Positions 1 to 10,502 of a stretch of 64,000 nucleotides of DNA are shown piece by piece. The translations under genes were made by a program, and so were the position numbers. The stretch comes from an uncultured Planctomycetaceae bacterium (lineage in GTDB: Bacteria > Planctomycetota > Planctomycetia > Planctomycetales > Planctomycetaceae), in assembly GCA_963815195.1 (NCBI GenBank), contig CAWFGE010000015.1:416001-480000 (forward strand), in the 5' to 3' direction. Positions within the stretch are counted from its first letter, which is position 1; the number at the start of each line of letters is the position of its first letter. The notes below the pieces were generated by a model that had not been told where the DNA came from, made no database searches, and saw only the letters and a list, made by a program, of their open reading frames with translations.

Positions 1-333
1 AATGTCCGACTTCGCCAACTGCCCGGTGGGGGGCATTTCGAAGCTTTCGTATTTGATCGCTTCGATCAACAGGCTCTCTTCGGGTTTGCCGGGGACAATC
101 GCAGGGCCGCTTTCGCCGCCTTTGAGAATCGAAGCCCGCGAATCGAGCCGCAGGTGCCCTTCCTGTTTTTTCTCGCCGTGGCATTTGAGGCATTTCGCGA
201 CCAGGAGCGGCCGGACGTTCTGCTCAAAATAAAGGCCCGCCTTGCCCGGCGGTTCGGCAGCCAAAACCGGGGCGGCGATTAAGAGGATGGTAATAAACAG
301 CAAGGCAACAAAACGAGACATGGTTTCCATCAT
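1..333 (-). CDS. Planctomycete cytochrome c (PSCyt1) domain protein, probably DUF1549/DUF1553 type; 5' part only, runs off the window
   Basis: My translation of the reverse strand: MMETMSRFVALLFITILLIAAPVLAAEPPGKAGLYFEQNVRPLLVAKCLKCHGEKKQEGHLRLDSRASILKGGESGPAIVPGKPEESLL. It has a signal peptide, CxxCH and the typical GGESGPAIVPG motif. Not in the ORF track. Confidence 0.85.
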   Translation of the reverse strand, partial: MMETMSRFVALLFITILLIAAPVLAAEPPGKAGLYFEQNVRPLLVAKCLKCHGEKKQEGHLRLDSRASILKGGESGPAIVPGKPEESLLIEAIKYESFEMPPTGQLAKSDI

Positions 334-405
334 GATCGCAAGGCGGGAAATGGTAATGGATTGGAAGCAGAATCCGGCGGGCGTCTCTCACCAAGTATGG
401 CGAGA

Positions 406-3402
406 TTATTTCCGTTCGTAAACCGGCCGGCCTTCCAACAGGGCGGGCGAACCGTCGGCTTGGGAGAGTTTTGTGGCACCGGTTTTTAGTTCGCCGATTT
501 TCGTGTAGGTCACCGGGCCGGTTGCGGTCGTCCGCGTCAGCACGTAAAGGTCCGAGGTCCGGCTCGTGCCGGGCGTGGTCTCGTAGGTGATGGTCCACTG
601 GTTTTTGCGGTCGCGGTGCAGCCAACCCACCCAGGCATATTCCGGCCCCAGGTCGATGCTGTTGAGGCTCTCCAGATACGCAGGCAACCCCTTGAGGGCC
701 CCCTTCGTCGCTTGCAATTTGAGGAGAGCATCGGCGGCCTTTTGGCGTTCTTTGGGGGCGTCGGGGTTTGCGGGGTTGATCCAATTGGCGTTCGTGTCGA
801 TCTGGTCCCCGAATTTCGCCAGGGTCTCGGTATCCAGTTGAAGTTGCTGTTTGAGATACACGCTTCCCAGGGTGCCAAACTCCTGCATTGCTTTGACCAA
901 CTGGAATCTGACAAACGGATCCATCTTCTTGTCGTCTTCAAGCGTTTTCAGGATCTCCAAAAAATCCTGTTCCCAGGTTTTGGGGTCGGTGGCGAGTTTG
1001 TTGATCTTTTCCTTGGCGAACTTGCTGAACTTCATTTGCGGGCTTTCGAAATCATAACTCGCCCCGAGCGGCGAGTTCTTGACGTCCTCTTTTTTGACCT
1101 TGAGGTATTCTTCATCATCGAGGGCAATGTCCAACGCATAGCGAATCGTGATGTGCGTGTCCCCTAACGCCGTGGGAATTTTGGTCGAGTAATACTTCTT
1201 CCCGTCCTTGGTCTCGAGGAAATACAGGCTGCGGACAATGGGACGGTTGAGCACATCCTCCACGGCGGACTGAATCTTCCCCTGGTCGCGCAGCGCGAGG
1301 ACCTTGAGATACTCCACGATGGATTCAAGCGCGCGCTGTTCGGGAAAGCCGGGATATTTTTCGAGCACCGCGTTCGCCCGCGCGAGAAGATTGGGAACAC
1401 TCTTGGGATCGAGCGCCGCCAGGTTCGTTCCATTGAGCCGCTGCTTTAGCAAACGCCACTCTTCGAAGCCCGCCCACAGGTCGCTCTCGTTCTTGAGAAC
1501 CTGCTGAAACTCGCGGTGCCTGGGCGTTCCGGCGAATCGATCGTCCTGGACGTAATCGTCCAACTTTTCGCGATAGGCGTTGTGATCGCCGATGGCGCGG
1601 CCGATGCTGAGCAAATAGATCTCCTCGGCCTGGTTCAGTTGATGCTGCTGCTTAAGTTGGGCGATCTCGGCGAGCATCGGCCCCACCAATTGAGCCCCCA
1701 GTCCGGGGCTGAGCCATTTTCTGTCTTGGAGGACGTCGGCCTCCGTCTTGAGCCGCGGCAGTTCGTTGCCGTAGTTTGCCGCATCGGGGTCGAGCGATTG
1801 AATCTTCTGAGAAAAGTTCGCGACATCCGTCCGGAACCTCGTGTCCACCAGCTTTTGCACTTGCGTTTCTTTCGTCTGCGTTTCCCCGCGGAGCGCTAAC
1901 ACCTTGGCGCGCTCCATCTCGGTCTTGGAAATCTCGAACGCATCTTTTAGCGCATTCAATCCCTGAGGCACGGTTCCGAGCGAGGCAGGGTTCTCCGCCG
2001 AGAGTTCCTTGAGAACGTTCTCCGCCCGCGAGATATGCCGCTCGTATTTGGAACGGCGGTCCTTGTCGTCTTGCACTGCGTTTTCCATTTCGCGGATCAA
2101 GGCTTGAATGTCCGGATGGCCGTGGACTCGCGGGTTGTCGGCTTCGAGGTTCGCCACGTATTCCTGGGCTTTATCCAACTGTTTGTCGGCCAGAAGCCCT
2201 TTGAGATTTTCCGCGTGCGCCGAAACCTCCGCGCTCCGCGCATAAGTCCAAATCCCCGCCCCGACGAGCGCGAGCAGCAACACCGCCCCCGAAGCAATGG
2301 CGAGCATTTTGTTCCGCCGCCGGCGGGCGGTTTCCTGGTCGAGTTCTTCCACGCGAACCGTCAACCGCTCTCTAAGATTGTCCGGCACGCCGCGCCCGAA
2401 TTGCTCGATCTTATAGTACAAGGGTTCGAAGTCGGCTTTCGTGGCGTCTTGGCGGTCGAGGGCCCGCTCCAATTCTTTGACCGCCGCGAGATAAGCCGCC
2501 TGCTCGCGGTCCTGGCGGTCTTTCTCGGCGAGCCATTTGAGCGGTTCCTGAACCTTGGCCATGAGCGGATCTTGTTCCGAAAGCCTCGCGACCGCGACGT
2601 GCCGGCCCCATTCCTCGCGGAGCTTTCGGGCGGTCTCCACGTCCGACAGGGAATAGGCCTCGTTCAATAAGGGCTCGAGCTTGACCAGTTCGCTGCGGGC
2701 GTGTTTGCCTTGAATCTCCTGCGTTTTGGCGCTGGCGAAGCCAACGAGCTTGCCCGACGGTTTGACCCGCCATTCGCTGCTTTTGAGTTCCGACTCGATC
2801 GCCGCGAGACGTTTGAGATCCTCGCCGGCCGCGGCGGCTTTGCATTCCTCCAACACGTCGGCGAGGCGGGTCTTTTCGAATTCCTGGATCTCATCGTCCC
2901 ACAGAGGATTGTCCCGGTCGAGCCGGGCCAGTTGCCGCATGATCTCGATGCGAATGGGCAAGGGGCTGCGGGCGAGCGCGTGGAGCCGGTGCCGATACAT
3001 CAGGTCCGCGAGCGGCTCGGCGTCGGCCCAGGCGGTTTCGAGATCGTCCGCCACGTCCACCAAGAGCTCGGGAGCCCGCGCAAAGCCGCACTGCTGGACG
3101 TAATCGTTCCACAGTTCTTGCTCGTCGAAATCCAGCGTGTGCACGAGGTCCAAAAGCGTCGGCTCGACTTGGGCTTCCTGGATCGCCTCCGCCCGGAGGC
3201 CTTTTTGCAGCAGCTCGTCGCATTTTCGCAGCCGATCGTTCACCAGCCGCACGGCCTGGTCGTACTTCTGGTGCGTGCCACTGACGACGGAGGCCTCGAC
3301 TTCCGTGTCCAAACACAACAGCCCGTTGATGGCATCCACAAGCCGCTGAAAGTCCGCCGTGGTCTTCAGTTCGTTGAGTTCCATTTGTAAGTTCGGCATC
3401 AC
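406..3402 (-). CDS. Large alpha-helical/coiled-coil membrane-anchored protein (998 aa), last gene of the GTPase/GAP1 operon
   Basis: Long ORF with one TM (RRRRNKMLAIASGAVLLLALVGAGIWTY) at about aa 365-390 and helical repeats on both sides. Its start overlaps the upstream stop (TGATG at 3397-3401). Confidence 0.8.
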   Translation of the reverse strand: MMPNLQMELNELKTTADFQRLVDAINGLLCLDTEVEASVVSGTHQKYDQAVRLVNDRLRKCDELLQKGLRAEAIQEAQVEPTLLDLVHTLDFDEQELWNDYVQQCGFARAPELLVDVADDLETAWADAEPLADLMYRHRLHALARSPLPIRIEIMRQLARLDRDNPLWDDEIQEFEKTRLADVLEECKAAAAGEDLKRLAAIESELKSSEWRVKPSGKLVGFASAKTQEIQGKHARSELVKLEPLLNEAYSLSDVETARKLREEWGRHVAVARLSEQDPLMAKVQEPLKWLAEKDRQDREQAAYLAAVKELERALDRQDATKADFEPLYYKIEQFGRGVPDNLRERLTVRVEELDQETARRRRNKMLAIASGAVLLLALVGAGIWTYARSAEVSAHAENLKGLLADKQLDKAQEYVANLEADNPRVHGHPDIQALIREMENAVQDDKDRRSKYERHISRAENVLKELSAENPASLGTVPQGLNALKDAFEISKTEMERAKVLALRGETQTKETQVQKLVDTRFRTDVANFSQKIQSLDPDAANYGNELPRLKTEADVLQDRKWLSPGLGAQLVGPMLAEIAQLKQQHQLNQAEEIYLLSIGRAIGDHNAYREKLDDYVQDDRFAGTPRHREFQQVLKNESDLWAGFEEWRLLKQRLNGTNLAALDPKSVPNLLARANAVLEKYPGFPEQRALESIVEYLKVLALRDQGKIQSAVEDVLNRPIVRSLYFLETKDGKKYYSTKIPTALGDTHITIRYALDIALDDEEYLKVKKEDVKNSPLGASYDFESPQMKFSKFAKEKINKLATDPKTWEQDFLEILKTLEDDKKMDPFVRFQLVKAMQEFGTLGSVYLKQQLQLDTETLAKFGDQIDTNANWINPANPDAPKERQKAADALLKLQATKGALKGLPAYLESLNSIDLGPEYAWVGWLHRDRKNQWTITYETTPGTSRTSDLYVLTRTTATGPVTYTKIGELKTGATKLSQADGSPALLEGRPVYERK

Positions 3403-4991
3403 TGGGATTCCTTAAGGCTCCGCGCGAGGTACATCTTTTGGCCTTGGATTTCGGTGTAGACCGCATAACGGATCCGGGCCGACTTTTGCAGGTCCGCGAT
3501 ATGCGTTTGCATCTCGCCGCACCAGGCGATGTTTTGTTCGGCAAGTTTCATGTGAGACTGAAAACCATCGACAATGGCCTTTGCCTGGACGATCTGGCGC
3601 TCCACGAGCATCATGCTCTGCTCGAGTTGCTTTTGGACCGTATATGAAGGATTCTTATTGAGTTCGGCTTGCAATAATGCCAATCGGTTCTGCTGGTTGG
3701 AGACCACTTTGTTGGCCTCCGTATAGATCCGCGACTTTTCCATTTTTTCTTTGATCGCCGCGGCATCCTTCAGAAGCTTTTTCAGCACCACGGAATTCAC
3801 CGGTCTTCGGGACGCGTTAATCTGCGGTAATGAGCCTTTATTGATCTGCGCCGGTTTCAGCTCGTCCACGAACTTCCCTTCGGCAGAGGTATTGAGCACC
3901 AAAGCGGGACCGAATTTCTCATCAAACTGATAGGAAATCTCCAGCTCCACCTTCGTCTCCGAGTCGGGAAACATGATCGGGAAAATCGCGGTGTCCCCGA
4001 TCTTCATGCCTAGCTTCGTGGGAACCTGCTCCCCAATGCCTTGGAGTTCCACATCCAGGAGCAGGCCGCTCGGGTCGTGCACGGCTTGGGATTTCACGGC
4101 AAGGAAAATCCGCGTCGCCTTTCCCGAGTCGCCGTGCTCCTCATCGGCCAGTCGGGCATCGGGAGCATTGTTGGGAACGCATAACCGGCAAAACTCCGAT
4201 TTTCCGCCCTTGGCGATTTCGAGCAAACCGAACTGCAGGCTGAGGGGCTTCGTCCACGCCGGGGCTTCCATGTTCCACGCGAAGCTCAGGCTTCCGGCGG
4301 CCAGTTCAAACATCCCCACTTCCTCAAGCCGCTCTTGCTTTGTGAACGGGTCGACGATTTTCCTTTGCGCCGTCCAGCGGCGAAGTTTCCCATGATCCGA
4401 TTGTTGATCCTCCCGATCGATCACAAAACCGCGAGACGAGCCGGCTGTGTGGATTCTCAAATCGATTGTTGAGGGGTCAACCACAGGGATCTTGGCAATT
4501 TCGACCGGTCTGTTCTCGACGAGGCCGATCGTCTGCGCGCGCTCGGGCAGCGGCAAATAATGATTCTTCGCCAGGATGTCTTCGTTCCACCGGTCCAACG
4601 GTTCGGGTTTTGACGGGAGCGGTTCCGCCGTCGGCGTCAAGTTCTGGCGCGGGTCTTGGGGTTCCCGCCGGACAACCGGCACGGGATTCTCGGCTTCTTG
4701 TTTGGCTTGGAGTTCTTCGCGGGCTTTTTCCCTTTCGGATCGAAAATCCACATCAGCGACCGCGCGGCGATTTCGGGGGCGGGGTTCATCGGATTCGGAG
4801 GCGGCGACGGGCCGGCTGTTTTTGGCGAGCGTCAACATCGCATAAAACAGCACGCCCAGAAGAACGATCGCGGCTCCCGCGCCGATGCCGATCCATGCTC
4901 CGAGCGGCAATCCGCGGCGACTTCGCGCGGCCGGCGGAGGCGGCGGCGTCTTTTCTGCTCTGCGCGGCCTTGAACCTTGAGCACCCATCAT
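3399..4991 (-). CDS. Single-TM hypothetical protein, tandem paralog of the C-terminal module of the upstream GAP1 protein
   Basis: Pro-rich N-terminus, then a TM, then blocks near-identical to the 4988-6601 frame (VADVDF, WNEDILAK, LPLPER.QTIGL, KPLSLQ..LLEI.KG, GQK.YLARS). ATGA overlap with the upstream stop. Confidence 0.8.
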   Translation of the reverse strand: MMGAQGSRPRRAEKTPPPPPAARSRRGLPLGAWIGIGAGAAIVLLGVLFYAMLTLAKNSRPVAASESDEPRPRNRRAVADVDFRSEREKAREELQAKQEAENPVPVVRREPQDPRQNLTPTAEPLPSKPEPLDRWNEDILAKNHYLPLPERAQTIGLVENRPVEIAKIPVVDPSTIDLRIHTAGSSRGFVIDREDQQSDHGKLRRWTAQRKIVDPFTKQERLEEVGMFELAAGSLSFAWNMEAPAWTKPLSLQFGLLEIAKGGKSEFCRLCVPNNAPDARLADEEHGDSGKATRIFLAVKSQAVHDPSGLLLDVELQGIGEQVPTKLGMKIGDTAIFPIMFPDSETKVELEISYQFDEKFGPALVLNTSAEGKFVDELKPAQINKGSLPQINASRRPVNSVVLKKLLKDAAAIKEKMEKSRIYTEANKVVSNQQNRLALLQAELNKNPSYTVQKQLEQSMMLVERQIVQAKAIVDGFQSHMKLAEQNIAWCGEMQTHIADLQKSARIRYAVYTEIQGQKMYLARSLKESQ

Positions 4992-7626
4992 GGCCCATCT
5001 CCCCGTTTGTCATCCGGTTTTTTATCGTCCGGTTTTTTGTCGTCCGGCGTCGCGTTTTCGACTTCGGATTTGCTCCGCGCGAGGTAAACTTTTTGGCCTT
5101 TGACTTCGATGTAAATCGAATAGCCAATCCGAACGGACTTCACGAGGGCTTCAAATTCCGGGGCCATCGCATTGCTCCAACCGATGTTGGTTTGCGCCGC
5201 TTTAATGCGTTCGTCATATCCGCCGACGATTTCGTCCAGTCCATTGATGGACCGTTCGAGCGTGTCGATTTGACTCTGGATTCCCCCCTTGTCTTCGGGT
5301 TTTGCATTTTTCAGGTCCTCCCGGAGAGATCCCACATACTTGGCCTTTTTCGACCGTTCCGTCTTGATTTTAACCAGGTATTTTGAGCCACGCAGATTGT
5401 CTACAACCGTCTGCGAGTTCTTCTTGATCCGTTCGAAATCGCTCAAGTTTGTGGCAAACTTCATTCGTTCGAGAGGAATCTTGTGGGCTTCCTTGCGAGC
5501 GAGACTAATCGTTTCCATCTCCTCGTTTTTATTCTTTTTCTTATCCACAAGGACATTGCGAAACGTGTTTGCTGCGACTTCGAGACGGGGGCCTTGCTTG
5601 TCGTATTGAAAGCTCAGGTCCAATTCCACGTCACCGTCACCTGGGGCAACGTTTCGTTTGATTGTAAAGCTCGCCGTTTCTCCGACGCGCATTCCCTTTT
5701 TTTCGAACGGTTTTGAGGCGACCCCGTCCGCTCGGAGATCGAGAATCAAGGTGCTCGGGTCTTCGACGGCGCTCGAGTTGATGACTAAGGCCAGCTCATT
5801 CCCGCGGCTGGCGGGATCGAGGCTTCGACTTTCCGGATGTCTCGGTTCAGACAGTCGGCAGAGTTCCTGTTCTTTCCCTTCGCCCTTTGAGATTTCGAGC
5901 AAACAGTATTGGAGGCTGAGCGGTTTATACTTTTCCGACTTTGACGCTTCCATGTTCCAAACGAACGCAAAACGTTGATCGGCCAATTCAAACCTCCCCA
6001 CCTCGCCGACGTCGAAGTCTGTCCCGAGTTCTTTGGAACCCAGGGGATTCGGGACTTTCTTTTGGACAATCCACCGGCGAAGTTTCACGCCCTCATCGGA
6101 TTCCTCATCGTCGACTTGGAACACAAATCCGCCTGCGTTCGACCCGTTGCTGGCGGAGTGGAGTTTCAGATCGATCGATGACGGATCGCGGACGTTGATT
6201 TTCGCGAGTTCCACGGGTTTGCTTTCGCTGAGGCCGATGGTTTGCTTCCGCTCGGGTAGGGGGAGCGAGTGGTCCTTCGCCAGAATGTCTTCGTTCCAAT
6301 CGCCCAAAGGTTTTTGTTCGGGCTTGGGCTGCTCTGCTTTGGGCGTTTCTTTTTTCGGTTGAGTGATGACCGTTTTGACGCTTGCCGGCTTATTCTCGGC
6401 CTCTTGTTTGGCTTTGAGTTCTCGGAGTTCTTTTTCTCGTTGGGAACTGAAATCCACATCGGCGACCGGGCGCGTGCGGCGGTTTCGGGCGGAGTCGCGG
6501 GGCGATTCGGAGGCGGCGATGGTGGGGGGGAGGTTTTTGGTCATCATCGCATAAACCAGAGCGGCGACGCCCACGAACAGGACCAAGGCCGAGCCGCCCA
6601 AGATCCAGGGCAGCTTGGAGGAGGCGGCTTGTTTGGCGGGTTTGCCGAAGGGGCTTGCGGGAGCCGCGGGGCCGCCAAACGGACTGGGGGCCGTCGCCGT
6701 CGCGCCGCCGAACGGATTGGGAGCCGGGGCCGATTGCGGCGGGACGGGGACGGTCTCCGCGGCGGCGGGCAGGACCGTTTGCGCCGAGGCGCGAAGGTCC
6801 CGCCCATCCTGGGGGCCGAGGGCGAGGCAATGTCGGCCGGCCTTCCCGCGCGGGCGGCTTGGACGAAGGGGTTTCCTTCGGGGGCTCGGCGGCGGCTTTG
6901 GCGAAGCTCGACGAGATCGATTTTTCGCGAATGGCTCGCGGCGCGGGCTTGCTGGGCTTCGGGGCTCTTATCCAATACGAATCGCCACAGGCAATCCACG
7001 CCCGCGGGCAGCTTGGTGAAGTAGGTGCTGAAGGATGTCGTCCAGGCTTTCTCGCGGGGGAGGATCGACAGGGCTTCGGCGACGAGCGGCAGGACCTCGT
7101 CGCCGGGAGCGAAAATGATATACATCGGCCGGTTGCTGGCGTCGGCCGCCGACTCCGCCAGGACGCCCGCCCAGCCCGCATCGCCGGTGAGGGCTTCCCA
7201 GTGCCGACTCGGGCCCTGGTAAAACTCCGCCATCGGCAGAACCGGGCCGTGGGGTTCCCAGCGGGTTTGGCCGTCCCAGCGGGTCTGGCAGACGCCCGCG
7301 TCCAACAGGGCCGCGGGTCCGGACGCCGGCAGTTCGTCCAAAGTGAGGGCGACATGATGGGCGAGCTTGTTGGTCCGGCCCGAATAATCCATTCCGTAAT
7401 CGCCGACCCGCGACAGGATCTGATACCGCTTCCCGCCGAGGGTGTGCATCAAATGCGAATAGTTGACGGGGTGCGGCGGCTGGTCGGCCTGGCGGTATCC
7501 ACTGAGACCTTCCAGAAACTCTTTCAGATTCCGCGGCATGCCCTGCGTGCAGGACACGGTGCAAAACCCCTGGTCCGCGGGGTTCAAGCCTTCGGGAGCG
7601 GAGGTGTAAAGCAATTCCTGGCTCAC
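4988..7626 (-). CDS. GTPase-associated protein 1 (GAP1-N2 + GAP1-M) with Pro-rich linker, TM and extracytoplasmic C-terminal module; frameshifted near 6810
   Basis: N-terminus MSQELLYTSAPEGL..GFCTVSCTQGMP...LSGYR...DYSGRTNKLAHH and W..LTGDAGWAGVLA / WTTSFSTYFT resemble GAP1-N2/GAP1-M. A frame switch near the C-run at about 6811-6815 joins it to ..NPFGG..SPFGG..KLPWILGGSALVLFVG and the 4988-6601 ORF. AAGGAG RBS before the GTG. Confidence 0.72.
5005..5049 (-). repeat. 15-bp imperfect tandem repeat x3 encoding DDKKP/DDKRG at the GAP1 C-terminus
   Basis: Translation PDDKKPDDKKPDDKRG. Confidence 0.7.
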
Positions 7627-7639
7627 GGGCCGGTCTCCT

Positions 7640-9142
7640 TCAGGTAGGTTTCATTGGGGGCGGGATGTTCGGCGGGTTGGCCGTTCCGGGAGTCGTGCGT
7701 CGTTTTCTCCGACTTCCGCGAAACCGTTTCTTGCTCCTGGAGGGGAACCTCGCCGGCGCGGGGGCCGGCTTTGATTTGGGGCTGCGATGTTTTACGGGCG
7801 GCGGCGCCTGGTGACGCTCCTTTCGGGATGAACTTTCCGCGGCCGGCGGCCTCGCGGTCTCGGCGGTCACCGGCGGCACGAGGCCTTCGACCGAGCGGTG
7901 CATTGCGTAAAGCAGCGGCACTTCGGCAAATTGCGGCTCGACGTTCCGCGGACGCACGACGAGTTTCCCGCTCGACGGATCGACTTCCGGCGTCGTCCCC
8001 AGCGCGCTCACCGGAATGTAAGTCACATCCGCGAAGTTGCCCTCGGCGGCGGTGACCACTTCGGGCGAATACTTGTTCAACACGTTCCGCACCTGGGCGG
8101 ACAGCGACAGGAGCTTGCGAACGTCCAAACCGCTCCGGCCGTCGGTGCGGGGCTTGATCAGCCAACTCGGATCGAGGGCCACGTTGTTCGTGAGCGCCAA
8201 CCACGCATCGTATTTGGTCACGACCACCACCAGAGGCTGCGAGCATTTTTCGTGCTGGCTGAGTCCGTTTTGCGTTTTGATGCGGCTGGCGGCCTCGGCG
8301 ATGACGCCCTCCTGCGGGTTGACGCTGCCGTACTCGCTCAGCTGCGGATCGTCGCTTTTGCCTTCGCAGGCCTGGCGGAATTTGTAATGCTGCGTCGGGT
8401 CGAACAAATACAAGAGCGAACTGGAGAGGGCCAGGTGTTTGGTGACAAACTTCCCCGTCGCGTCGCCGCCCGGCATGAAATGCTCGCCCGCGTTGTCGTA
8501 CAGGCACAGCGCCCGCGTGAGCCGTTTGGATTGGGACGCGTCCTCGAACCGCGCACCGTCCGGCAGCAGCGAAAACACGAACGGCTTCGGATAAAACACG
8601 CCGCGACCCTTTTCAAAAACCGCGTTCAGCAATTCCCCGCCGGCGACTTCCGTCTTCCACAGCGAGACCAGCGAATCGGGCTTGGGGTTTTTGAAGAGGA
8701 TTTCCTCGTAGCGGTTTAAGACCTGGTTGGCTCCGGGATCGGAATCGACAAACGTGATGCCGAATTCCCTCGCCAAGGTGGTCCGCATCTTCCAGGTCAT
8801 CGCGGCCAGGAAGTTCGATTTGCCGGACGCGGGAGCCCCGAGGATCGAAATAAACAACGGCGACATCTCCACCAGCGCCCGCGAGACGATCAGATGGCAA
8901 CTGGGGCAGGCCAACTGGCTGCAGACGTCGCCTTTGATGTCGACCGCTTCCCCGCGCACCGTGAACCGCGAGGGCAAAAACCGGGCCTGGGCCTCGGTGC
9001 CCAAACGCTCGTCCCCCTGCAAGTCGGGGTGCGCGCTGACCCACTTGATGTCGCCCGGAGCGAACAGGCTCCAGCAGTGCGGGCACCTCACGCGGGCTTT
9101 GAGCGGGAGTTGGATGCGAGTTTTCTTTCTGCCTTTGGCCAC
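7640..9142 (-). CDS. TRAFAC-clade P-loop GTPase with N-terminal zinc ribbon (double-GTPase/GTPase-centric conflict system type)
   Basis: CPHC...CPSC ribbon; G1 GAPASGKS; G3 LYDNAGE; G4 VVTKYD; G5 PVSALG. Likely GTG start at 9142 with a GAGGGG RBS. A frameshift in the Pro-rich tail may move the true stop to 7623, overlapping the GAP1 start. Confidence 0.85.
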   Translation of the reverse strand: MAKGRKKTRIQLPLKARVRCPHCWSLFAPGDIKWVSAHPDLQGDERLGTEAQARFLPSRFTVRGEAVDIKGDVCSQLACPSCHLIVSRALVEMSPLFISILGAPASGKSNFLAAMTWKMRTTLAREFGITFVDSDPGANQVLNRYEEILFKNPKPDSLVSLWKTEVAGGELLNAVFEKGRGVFYPKPFVFSLLPDGARFEDASQSKRLTRALCLYDNAGEHFMPGGDATGKFVTKHLALSSSLLYLFDPTQHYKFRQACEGKSDDPQLSEYGSVNPQEGVIAEAASRIKTQNGLSQHEKCSQPLVVVVTKYDAWLALTNNVALDPSWLIKPRTDGRSGLDVRKLLSLSAQVRNVLNKYSPEVVTAAEGNFADVTYIPVSALGTTPEVDPSSGKLVVRPRNVEPQFAEVPLLYAMHRSVEGLVPPVTAETARPPAAESSSRKERHQAPPPVKHRSPKSKPAPAPARFPSRSKKRFRGSRRKRRTTPGTANPPNIPPPMKPT

Positions 9143-9198
9143 AACGGGTCCCCTCTGTTTTTGGCGTCCGTCTTCTAATACCGGGCAATCATCGATCG

Positions 9199-10233
9199 TC
9201 AATCCCTCTCTCTTTGCGGAACCCACCGGCCTCCACCGGATTCGCCGACGGGCGCTCGATGTCTATTTCGTAAGTTCGTCGGCAGTTGGGTGACGGCCGG
9301 GATGTTTTGTGCGGAAGAACTTGCCCGCGAATGGCTTCCGTCGAAGGCTCCCGCGGCCCACGCGAATAATAGAAACATGACCCCGAGGATGAAGAGGCTC
9401 AGGAACACCGCCAACCCGATCCAGACCGGCTGATAGTCCCGCCACAGATTGGAATCCGTCCGGCGGCCGGGAACCGACGGCTGCCGGGGAACGGCCGGTT
9501 TGGGCGGCGGAGTGGGAGCCGGAGGAATCGCCGGCAGATCTTTCGTCGGCAATGGCGGGGGGGATTTCTGCGCGGGAAGCGGAGGCATTCCTTTGGAACG
9601 CTCCGGCACCGGCGGCGGGGTTTTGGGATAATCCACCCGGTAAGCCTGAAACTCCAGGTTGCTGTCGTCCGGCGGCGCGTCTTCGGCGGCGACAACGGTT
9701 CTCGGCGGGGGCGAGATCAGTTTTGTCCGCGTGGTGCCAGTGGCCGATACCGTGTCCGTCTCCCCCGGAGGTTTTTGTTCGCGGCGTTTTTTTGTCCATT
9801 CGCCGATGAGTTCTTCGATCCGCTCGGAATCCACCTGCTGAACCAACGCCAGCCAGCGGCGGAGGTCGTTCACGTTGCACGACGGGCCCGAAAACGTCGG
9901 GTTCGTGGAATAGAGTTGATACAGTTGGGAAATGAGGTTTTGATCGTACTCCTGCCAGCGGTTTTCGTCGGACACCGTTCGCCGGGCCTCGGCCAGGAGC
10001 CGCTGAAAGGCCAGAGCCCGCTCCCGAACCTGTTTGTCCTTATGGTTTTGGCATTGAAACAGATAGTCGCCGGCGGCTTGGAAGGAATCGAGCAGCCCGT
10101 CCCGGTTCCGGCAGAGACGGGGTTGTCCCACCAGTTGGTAGAAATCCGCCGGCCGATCGTCGCGATTCAACCACTCTTTGAGCCGAGCTTCCACCATAGG
10201 TTTCGATGCCGTTTGCGTTGTCGTGTCTGCCAC
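9199..10233 (-). CDS. Planctomycete membrane protein with N-terminal J-domain-like helical segment, Pro-rich linker and TM
   Basis: WLNRDDRPADFYQLVG resembles the planctomycete 'WLGI..P.HY.LLG' N-terminal domain; Pro-rich stretch; TM VWIGLAVFLSLFILGVMFLLFAWAAG. Confidence 0.6.
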   Translation of the reverse strand: MADTTTQTASKPMVEARLKEWLNRDDRPADFYQLVGQPRLCRNRDGLLDSFQAAGDYLFQCQNHKDKQVRERALAFQRLLAEARRTVSDENRWQEYDQNLISQLYQLYSTNPTFSGPSCNVNDLRRWLALVQQVDSERIEELIGEWTKKRREQKPPGETDTVSATGTTRTKLISPPPRTVVAAEDAPPDDSNLEFQAYRVDYPKTPPPVPERSKGMPPLPAQKSPPPLPTKDLPAIPPAPTPPPKPAVPRQPSVPGRRTDSNLWRDYQPVWIGLAVFLSLFILGVMFLLFAWAAGAFDGSHSRASSSAQNIPAVTQLPTNLRNRHRAPVGESGGGRWVPQRERD

Positions 10234-10502
10234 ACTGGGAATCCTTTATCGTAAAGGGGGATCGGATGGGATTCAATCATCCAGTGCCCGGAATCGGCTT
10301 GTTTCAGAGGGTTTCTCGGTTTCGGCCCTGGCGGCTTGCGGCCGGTGTCCCGGAAGGCCGTGTGTGGGAAGCACTGGCAACAAGTTGCCATTGGCACTAT
10401 TGGCAGCCTTTCTTCCAATTCTCCGGAACCACGCCCCTGGATCGCGAAACCGGCCCCGTTCCCGACAGGGGGGCCGATTTTGGCGAACGGAAGGCCGATC
10501 TA

